Shown piece by piece: positions 18,575 through 25,550 of a stretch of DNA of 32,000 bases (position 1 is its first letter; each line of letters starts with the position of its first letter). The notes beneath the pieces were generated by a model. That model was not told the origin of the DNA. It saw only the letters and a program-made list of their open reading frames with translations, and did not search any database. Source of the DNA: Edaphobacter aggregans (GTDB lineage Bacteria; Acidobacteriota; Terriglobia; Terriglobales; Acidobacteriaceae); contig NZ_RSDW01000001.1 of assembly GCF_003945235.1 (NCBI RefSeq), forward strand, positions 1,350,001-1,382,000, written 5' to 3'. A program made the position numbers and the translations under genes.

Positions 18575-19537
18575 TTACTTCTCGCCGGGTTTTCGATCTT
18601 TCCCATTGTTTCCACGAATAAGCACTGCAGGGTTGGTCTTCAACGAATCCGTCAGTATTTTCATGTTTTCGCTTGTAATGCGGATATTCTCGAGGATTTG
18701 GTCGATGTTGTCCGTGTTGTTGTCCGTCGTATTTTTTAGCTGCTCGATAAGAGCTTGTGCGTTGAGCATGGTCTCTTTTAGCTCGACGACTATTGTCCGA
18801 ATGTCCTGGCGATTCTCAACCACGAGAGCGTCAACGTGCGACAAGGTCTCGTTTGCCTGATTCATGGTTGACTTAAGGTCATCTAGCAAGGGTACAAGCT
18901 TGGCACTCGCGACCTGTACGTTCGCTAAGCTCCCTGATATCTTCGGACGGTTTTCAGCGAGTATGGCATTCAAGTTTCCTAGACTGTTGCCTATGTTCTC
19001 GCGGTTCTTGTCGTTCAGCAGATCGTTGACGCGGGCCAGTGTCACCTGCAGTTCCGTGAGGCGTTGGTTCAGGGTTTGCATAACCTGATTGACAACGGGG
19101 GTGAGGCCTCCAATCATATCGCCTAGATCACCAATTCCCACTGTCTCGACGGACTTCAGTTCGCTGCCGGGTGCTGCAAGTTGGCCTCCTTTTGTTCCGG
19201 TTCCGATCTCCACATAGTTATCGGAAAGCGCCCCCAGGCTGGAAATTTTCGCGATACTATCGGTCTTTACCGGGATGTCACGCTGTACACTAAAGTCGAT
19301 CTCAATGCGGGTCGAGTCTTTGGGATCCACCCGTACAGCCTCGACCTTGCCGGCTTTCATACCTCCGTAGCGAACTGCGGCACCAGGCAAAAGACCGCCG
19401 GCCGACTTAAAATAGGTATGATGTGCGACCCCGCCCGAAGCAAAAGTGCCGGACACAGCCAAGATTGTCCCAATTAGCAGTGCCGCCGCAACTATTACAA
19501 AAAAACCCACTGCGGCCTGCTCGCGTTTGCTGTTCAT
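18575..19537 (-). CDS. MlaD/MCE-domain protein with a long C-terminal helical extension
   Basis: The ORF is 320 aa with an N-terminal TM anchor (AAVGFFVIVAAALLIGTILAV). The MCE core is YFKSAGGLLPGAAVRYGGMKAGKVEAVRVDP...IEIDFSVQRDIPVKTDSIAKISSLGALSDNYVEI. About 170 aa of Leu/Asn/Gln-rich helical sequence follows. Confidence 0.85.
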   Translation of the reverse strand: MNSKREQAAVGFFVIVAAALLIGTILAVSGTFASGGVAHHTYFKSAGGLLPGAAVRYGGMKAGKVEAVRVDPKDSTRIEIDFSVQRDIPVKTDSIAKISSLGALSDNYVEIGTGTKGGQLAAPGSELKSVETVGIGDLGDMIGGLTPVVNQVMQTLNQRLTELQVTLARVNDLLNDKNRENIGNSLGNLNAILAENRPKISGSLANVQVASAKLVPLLDDLKSTMNQANETLSHVDALVVENRQDIRTIVVELKETMLNAQALIEQLKNTTDNNTDNIDQILENIRITSENMKILTDSLKTNPAVLIRGNNGKDRKPGEK

Positions 19538-19567
19538 ACTGTCCTCATCTTCAAGGTCTCCAAACTT

Positions 19568-20386
19568 TCAATCCTTCGCGGTCTTGCGGTCCCCCGTGAG
19601 CATCTGCAGATAGTCGAGTTCATCGAGGACCTCAGGCTCCGGCACTCGATCCAAAAACTGGCGCACCCTCGGATGAGTACTTGCTTGGAACTCCTCTTTG
19701 GTTCCCAGCGCTATGATGTGGCCACGATCGACATAGACCATACGGTCTGCGATTAGAAATGCACTGGCCAATTCGTGGGTTACCACGACCATTGTTATGG
19801 CATAGGCTTTCTTTAGATTCATGATTAGTTCATCGAGTCCCGCAGCAATGATGGGATCCAGCCCTGCGGAGGGTTCATCGAAAAACAGTATCTCCGGATC
19901 CATGGATAATGCGCGCGCGACAGCGGCACGCTTCTTCATTCCGCCGCTTAATTCCGAAGGCATGTAGTCTTCGAAATTGCTGAGCCCAACTTGTCCGAGC
20001 TTGATCCTCACCATAATCTCGATGGTGGAGTCTTCAAGATTGGTGTGTTCGCGCAATGGCAACGCAACGTTCTCGCCAACGGTTAACGATCCGAATAACG
20101 CCGAACCCTGGAACGACATACCCATTTTCTTGCGAATCACATCCATCTCTCGCTCGGAAATATTTGCGATATTCACACCTTGAATCCACACTTCACCTGA
20201 ACTCGGCTTTTCCAAACCGACTAATGTTCGTAATAAGGTACTTTTCCCTGAGCCTGACCCACCAAGAATCACCATAGTTTCCCCCCGACGGACGTCAAAC
20301 GTAATCCCATGGAGGATTTCGCGTTCACCGTAAGACACACTAAGGTTAACCACTGAAATGGCCGCATCGCTAGCATCATTAGTCAT
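19568..20386 (-). CDS. ABC transporter ATP-binding protein, MlaF-like
   Basis: The ORF is 272 aa. It has Walker A GGSGSGKST, signature LSGGMKKRAAVARAL, Walker B ILFFDEPSAGLD and H-loop VVTHEL. It lies between the MlaE-like and MlaD-like genes. Confidence 0.9.
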   Translation of the reverse strand: MTNDASDAAISVVNLSVSYGEREILHGITFDVRRGETMVILGGSGSGKSTLLRTLVGLEKPSSGEVWIQGVNIANISEREMDVIRKKMGMSFQGSALFGSLTVGENVALPLREHTNLEDSTIEIMVRIKLGQVGLSNFEDYMPSELSGGMKKRAAVARALSMDPEILFFDEPSAGLDPIIAAGLDELIMNLKKAYAITMVVVTHELASAFLIADRMVYVDRGHIIALGTKEEFQASTHPRVRQFLDRVPEPEVLDELDYLQMLTGDRKTAKD

Positions 20387-20496
20387 TTTGGGGTCCTGTT
20401 GCCGCGACTGGTTTACTAACTAACCGTACATAAAAACGGTTCTAACTCCGTGATCGGCAGATTGTGAGACATCATACGTGCTATCCTTCTCCTGCG

Positions 20497-21321
20497 TTAG
20501 GTGGGATTAATAAAATAAAACAGGCTTGTAAACACAAGGTCGACAACAATCACAAGAGCTATCGAGGTTACGACTGCCGCCGTTGTCGAGCGTCCGACCT
20601 CCTCAGCTCCGGCTCCCGTTGAAAAACCCTCTTTGCACCCAACGGCCGTGATGACCAATGCGAACAGCGCGCTCTTGATGAGACCTGTGTAGATATCGCG
20701 CGCGAGGATAGCCTCTCGCGTTGCTTGGAAATAGGAGGCGATAGTAAAGTCGGCGCCAGTGACGCCGAAGACACATCCCCCTACAATGCCCATGAAGTCA
20801 GCCCAGACTGTAAGACACGGCATCATCACCAGCATTGCCATAAATTTAGGTGCGACAAGGAAGGCCACAGGATCGAAAGCCATCGTTCGGAGAGCATCTA
20901 CCTCCTCAGTCACCTTTTTAGTGCCGATCTCCGCGGCGAAAGCCGATCCCGAACGACCGATGACGACGATGGCTGTAAGTAACGGTCCAAGTTCTCGTAG
21001 AATAGAAATAGCCACGGTGCCCGCCACCAGTTGCATCGCACCTAACCGACGCAGTTCATAGGCACTCTGCAGTGCCATGATTAAACCAACGAAGAAGGTA
21101 ATCAGCGAGATAATAGGTATAGCTTCAACGCCGACGGCCATAGCCTGATGGATTGCTCGATTGGGGCGTAGACGCTGACCCTCGAAAGGGCCCACAAAGG
21201 TAACATGGGCGGACTGGCCCGCGAGGGTAGCTAGATCCCCTATGTAAGCAAAGCCGCTCATCGTCCAGAGGCCGACAATTCCTGGTACAGCTGCGAACTT
21301 TTCCGTCACTTTCAACGACAT
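20497..21321 (-). CDS. ABC transporter permease, MlaE/YrbE family
   Basis: The ORF is 274 aa and polytopic. Family-typical stretches are LRELGPLLTAIVVIGRSGSAFAAEIGTKKVTEEVDALRTMAFDPVAFLVAPKF and KSALFALVITAVGCKEGF. Confidence 0.9.
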   Translation of the reverse strand: MSLKVTEKFAAVPGIVGLWTMSGFAYIGDLATLAGQSAHVTFVGPFEGQRLRPNRAIHQAMAVGVEAIPIISLITFFVGLIMALQSAYELRRLGAMQLVAGTVAISILRELGPLLTAIVVIGRSGSAFAAEIGTKKVTEEVDALRTMAFDPVAFLVAPKFMAMLVMMPCLTVWADFMGIVGGCVFGVTGADFTIASYFQATREAILARDIYTGLIKSALFALVITAVGCKEGFSTGAGAEEVGRSTTAAVVTSIALVIVVDLVFTSLFYFINPT

Positions 21322-21399
21322 ATGCTTCCGCTCCAGAGAACTGTCCCAGCGGTATTCCGAACGGCCATCGACGAAAAGCCTGATGCGGGATATGCAATT

Positions 21400-21744
21400 T
21401 CAAGCAATAAGTGCTTGCTCCTCGGTTTCGCATATTTCAAAAACACCAGTTAGATGCGTAAGTTGTAGTACTTGAAGGACAGCACCACTTACCCCAAACA
21501 AGACAAACCGCTTATTGGAATTACGTGCTTCTTTGAGGACCTCCAGAAGTGAGGCGATCCCGGAGCTATCGATATACTTTACTGCGCTCAGGTTTATAGC
21601 TACACTTTTCGTTCCATTCAATGATTCCAAAAGTGTCTTGCGAAGGATTGGCGAACTTCCGAGGTCTATCTGACCTACTACGTCAACGATCGTGACCCCT
21701 CTTTCAATCCGTGTCGAAGAACCCATCTGTCTGTCCATATCCAT
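21400..21744 (-). CDS. STAS-domain protein (anti-sigma-factor antagonist RsbV/SpoIIAA-like, and positionally MlaB-like)
   Basis: The ORF is 114 aa with a conserved phosphorylation-loop motif YIDSSGIASL. I verified DSSG at nt 21570-21559. It lies between an RsbW-like kinase gene and mlaE. The start could be Met1, Met3 or Met7. Confidence 0.85.
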   Translation of the reverse strand: MDMDRQMGSSTRIERGVTIVDVVGQIDLGSSPILRKTLLESLNGTKSVAINLSAVKYIDSSGIASLLEVLKEARNSNKRFVLFGVSGAVLQVLQLTHLTGVFEICETEEQALIA

Positions 21745-21832
21745 CCCCTATGTAGGCTAAAACAGAGATAGCCGTTGATCCTTCAGTGTCCACGACTAAC
21801 AACTCCATTATGCGTATGAAGATTTTTCATAA

Positions 21833-22279
21833 TCAATGCGGCACCGATCCGTCATTATCGATTCTCCCCTTATCAGATGACAGGTGCTTAACTAGCCTTA
21901 CTCGATTGCCCCCTGGAACTCGCTCGTAATACACCTCATCCATGATCGCCTTCATTAGATGGGTTCCGCGTCCAGTCAGCGAAACGTCATCCAACGGCTG
22001 CCCGCATATCCTGGCCAGATCTGGTGGCTCGCCCCAATCAAGAAGCGTAAAAACTATCCGATTAGAATCAGTCTGACAGTTCAATTCGATCTCCTGGTCA
22101 TAACGGTTTCTGTAGGCATGTCGGATAATATTGGCTAAGCCCTCATCAACGGCCAAAGTGACTCCTCGGCACAACTCCTCCGACAATCCGCAAATCGCAC
22201 TTACCTCGCTCACCGCGGCGCGGGCAATCGATAAGAAGCGAGGATCGCTTGGCACAATAAGTTTCAAATGAAAGTCCAT
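21833..22279 (-). CDS. RsbW/SpoIIAB-like anti-sigma-type serine protein kinase (HATPase_c_2)
   Basis: The ORF is 148 aa. It has an N-box-like EGLANIIRHAY, a DxG motif (LLDWGEP) and a G2-like TGRGTHLM. It sits directly upstream of the STAS gene. Confidence 0.8.
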   Translation of the reverse strand: MDFHLKLIVPSDPRFLSIARAAVSEVSAICGLSEELCRGVTLAVDEGLANIIRHAYRNRYDQEIELNCQTDSNRIVFTLLDWGEPPDLARICGQPLDDVSLTGRGTHLMKAIMDEVYYERVPGGNRVRLVKHLSSDKGRIDNDGSVPH

Positions 22280-22888
22280 TTAGCTTGGCTAGGCGCCTCC
22301 ATTTGGGACGATGCACCAAGAAGTCTTTTTAGCTGTAGTTCGCTACGTCCAATTTACTAGGCCGATAGAATGTAAAAAATCCAGCTTCAGACGCATCGCA
22401 TTGAGAAATGCAAGCTTGAGGGTATTCCATAGCGTCGGGCCCGCCACAGCGCTCTACCATTAGAGTGTTGTGGTTAGGGAAGGCACGAAAGACTTATACT
22501 TGCTTATTTCGTCCCCACCCTCTATTCCGTTTGAAACGCAACGACTCAATATAACTCTTGTTCGTTGATAGCGCTAGCTCAGAAAAGTATTAAAGGGCTT
22601 ATGGGCACTTCCGTCTCTCTGTTTTTTTTGAATACAGCAGTAGTCCCAGAGAGATCGAGTTTCTGTTCTCAGTAGGCCCAAAGATAATTTGAAAGGGAGC
22701 CTCTAGTTTGATCTCCCCCATCCTGCGTTATCACCGGACCGGGGCTGGCGGCAAGGATCATCTCTTTTATTTTGTTTAGGCTACCAAAGGGCCAGGCCGG
22801 GGGTCGAAGGCCCAATGCGTGCTTGTTCTGTCGTGACAATCGAGAAAGCGGGCAACCTACGACAGCCTCGCAAGACTCAAAGCCACCC

Positions 22889-23728
22889 TTAATACCTTTC
22901 CGGGATGAAGCGATATGGATAGTCTGGCTCTACGTACCCTTTCGATTTCTGTCTGAGAGGAAGACTCACCTTTTCGAGTTCGATCTCTTCGTAAGGGATT
23001 AGGCTAAGGAAATGTGAGATGCAGTTCAATCGAGCGCGCCGTTTGTCGTCTCCGTTAACGACGTACCATGGCGACCTCTCGGTGTCTGTAGCCGCGAACA
23101 TCGCATCTCGCGCTCGCGAATAGTCGTACCAACGACGGTGCGATTCCAGATCCATGCCGCTAAGCTTCCAGATTTTCCTAGGATCGTTGATGCGTTCGCA
23201 GAATCTGCGGGTCTGTTCCTCCTTGCTCACTTCGAACCAATATTTGATCAGTATTACACCGGCTTCGATGATATCTCTCTCCCAGGCCGGACATACTTTG
23301 AGGAATCTCTCGTATTCTTCGTCCGTGCAAAACCCCATCACCCTCTCAACGCCGAGACGGTTATACCAACTTCGGTCAAAAATAACGATCTCGCCTCCTG
23401 CTGGGAGATGCTCGAAATATCGCTGAAAATAAATTTGTGTGCGCTCTCGCTCGGACGGAGCGGGAAGAGCAACTACCCGAAATACGCGGGGGCTCACTCG
23501 TTCAGTGATCCGTTTGATGACGCCGCCTTTGCCAGCCGCGTCTCTGCCTTCAAAGATAACTGCAACTTTCGCTCCCGTATGCTTCGCCCACAATTGCAGT
23601 TTGACTAGTTCTGCATGAAGCTTGGCGATTTGCTCTTCATATTCTTTGCGCTGGAGCTTTGGCTTGTCAGTTGATTTTGCCTGTAAGTTTTGAATCTTGC
23701 CGGGCTGACTCTTTCGCTTTTTGTCCAT
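22889..23728 (-). CDS. ppk2: Polyphosphate kinase 2 (single-domain PPK2)
   Basis: The ORF is 279 aa. It has a PPK2 Walker A (VIFEGRDAAGKGG), the stretch YFQRYFEHLPAGGEIVIFDRSWYNR, and WKLSGMDLESHRRWYDY. Its ATG lies 3 nt after the stop of the upstream Na/Pi cotransporter gene. Confidence 0.9.
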   Translation of the reverse strand: MDKKRKSQPGKIQNLQAKSTDKPKLQRKEYEEQIAKLHAELVKLQLWAKHTGAKVAVIFEGRDAAGKGGVIKRITERVSPRVFRVVALPAPSERERTQIYFQRYFEHLPAGGEIVIFDRSWYNRLGVERVMGFCTDEEYERFLKVCPAWERDIIEAGVILIKYWFEVSKEEQTRRFCERINDPRKIWKLSGMDLESHRRWYDYSRARDAMFAATDTERSPWYVVNGDDKRRARLNCISHFLSLIPYEEIELEKVSLPLRQKSKGYVEPDYPYRFIPERY

Positions 23729-23731
23729 AAC

Positions 23732-25417
23732 TCACCCATCGATTTGTTGTGTCACAACGGTCTCGTAATCTCTGACGATTCGTCTAGCGAAGTAAGCAAT
23801 TTGCTTGCATTGCTCGATCATGTCCGTGGCTATACGGAAAGCCTGGACATCTTTCTTATCTGCCAATTGAAGCTTCTCCATGAGACTCTTGCGGGTCGCG
23901 GCCGCCAGATCCTCAATCTCTCTTTTCGCTGCGATCACTTCTGCCATGTCGCTCGCGTTTGGGTGGTCTATTGTTTGGATTGCTTGTTCGAGATTTCGCA
24001 TAACGGCGCTAACAAATCGAGACGTGGTCTCGTCTCGCAACCGCGCCAAATCGATACTCTCCACAATTCGTTGTTGGCCCAGAGAAACCAGTTTGGTTGT
24101 TATGATATCGCTAACGCTCTCCAGATTATTGGCTGTTTGCGCGAGGCCAACCATTTGCTGGCCGTCTTCTTGTGTATGCTCTCCCTGCGACAGTCGGCCA
24201 ATATAGACGAGAATCGCAGCTTCCAACCGATCCACTTCCTCATGCTCGCTGAGCAGGGTCTGGAGATCCTCCAGCCGCCCGTCAACCACAGCCGCCGGGG
24301 CGCGCCGAACCAATGCCAGGACCAGTTCGCCTAGCCGTGTCAATTCCAAAGAAACTCTCTGAAGTCCAACCGAAGGTATCTCTAACGCTGATTCATCAAG
24401 ATAAAGCGGCTCACCGACGCTCTTAGTTTTTTGGCGGCGAGCCGGGACAATGCGCTGCGCAAGTTTGGCAAGCGGTCCGACAAACCAGATCAAAATAAAT
24501 GTACTCGAAACGCTGAAAACGGTATGGGCGTTTGCTATTTGGCGCGGTGTTTCGGCCGCCAGTCGCGCGGTACCTTCCAAGTCCGGATGGCTAGGTGAGA
24601 TATGCCTGACTAGGTCACCTAACTGAGGGATGAAGAAGACCCAGAACAGCACACCCAGGACGTTGAACAGAAGATGAACAACTCCGACTTGAACCGACTC
24701 GGCGGATTTACCAATACCGGCCAGCATTGCCGTCAAGCAAGTCCCGATGTTCGCTCCGAGCACAACGGCTATACCGGCCTCCAAGGGAATAAGACCTTGA
24801 CTTGCTAACGCAATCACGACAGCCAACGTGGCTGCAGAGCTTTGAACAACAGCCGTAAAAATGGCTCCCGCAAGAATTCCTAATAGCGGATTCTTCATCT
24901 CCTGCATGGCCTTAATAAATGGCTCAAACGTCCGCAAGGGACGGGTGGCATCGCCCATAAACTCAATTCCAAGAAAGAGTAGTCCAAGGCCGAGGACGAT
25001 GCCACCGAGCTGCCGAAGAAGTTGGCGCGTTCCAAATGCGTGGAACAGGAATCCAATCGCCAGCATGAATGGTACGAGCGCCTTCACATTGAAGGCCATG
25101 ATTTGTGCAGTAAACGTAGACCCGACATTGGCGCCCATGATCATTGGGACGGCCTGACCCAAAGTCATCAAGCCCGCAGAGACAAAGCCAACCATCAGTA
25201 CAGTGGTAATCGTAGAGGAATTTAGCACGGCTGTGACGAATGCACCCGATATCAGCCCCAAAAATCGATTGGCAGTGAGTTTGGCCAGGGCCGATTCCAA
25301 GCTCGCTCCAGCGACGGCCTTGAGACCGTTAGTCATCAATTCCAGACCGAAGAGAAAGAGGGCGAGACCACCAGCGAGCAGCCCCAGCATTTCGAGTAGA
25401 TTTATATCGTTTGGCAT
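23732..25417 (-). CDS. Na/Pi cotransporter family protein with C-terminal PhoU-like domains (YjbB/NptA-like)
   Basis: The ORF is 561 aa. The N-terminal polytopic half contains the repeated Na_Pi_cotrans signature (VLNSSTITTVLMVGFV... and AVVQSSAATLAVVIAL...). The C-terminal soluble half, about 220 aa, is helical and PhoU-like. Confidence 0.85.
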   Translation of the reverse strand: MPNDINLLEMLGLLAGGLALFLFGLELMTNGLKAVAGASLESALAKLTANRFLGLISGAFVTAVLNSSTITTVLMVGFVSAGLMTLGQAVPMIMGANVGSTFTAQIMAFNVKALVPFMLAIGFLFHAFGTRQLLRQLGGIVLGLGLLFLGIEFMGDATRPLRTFEPFIKAMQEMKNPLLGILAGAIFTAVVQSSAATLAVVIALASQGLIPLEAGIAVVLGANIGTCLTAMLAGIGKSAESVQVGVVHLLFNVLGVLFWVFFIPQLGDLVRHISPSHPDLEGTARLAAETPRQIANAHTVFSVSSTFILIWFVGPLAKLAQRIVPARRQKTKSVGEPLYLDESALEIPSVGLQRVSLELTRLGELVLALVRRAPAAVVDGRLEDLQTLLSEHEEVDRLEAAILVYIGRLSQGEHTQEDGQQMVGLAQTANNLESVSDIITTKLVSLGQQRIVESIDLARLRDETTSRFVSAVMRNLEQAIQTIDHPNASDMAEVIAAKREIEDLAAATRKSLMEKLQLADKKDVQAFRIATDMIEQCKQIAYFARRIVRDYETVVTQQIDG

Positions 25418-25550
25418 CCCGCACCTTCTGATCGCAGTTTTTTGGATGCAAGCAAAATATCGTCGTGAACTCGTGTTTCTCTATTTCCAGCTACAGCCAG
25501 AGACCTCAGCCATCGCCGATAATCAGGCTGTCCTTGGAACAGCGAAACGT

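Noticed and set aside
22445-22474. A tRNA-like D-arm sequence (gcgctctaccattagag, compare GCTCTACCAACTGAGC) and a second gcgctagctcag motif near 22571.
   Set aside because: I could not fold a cloverleaf, since there is no acceptor, anticodon or T arm. It is more likely a chance match or a simple imperfect hairpin in the leader region.
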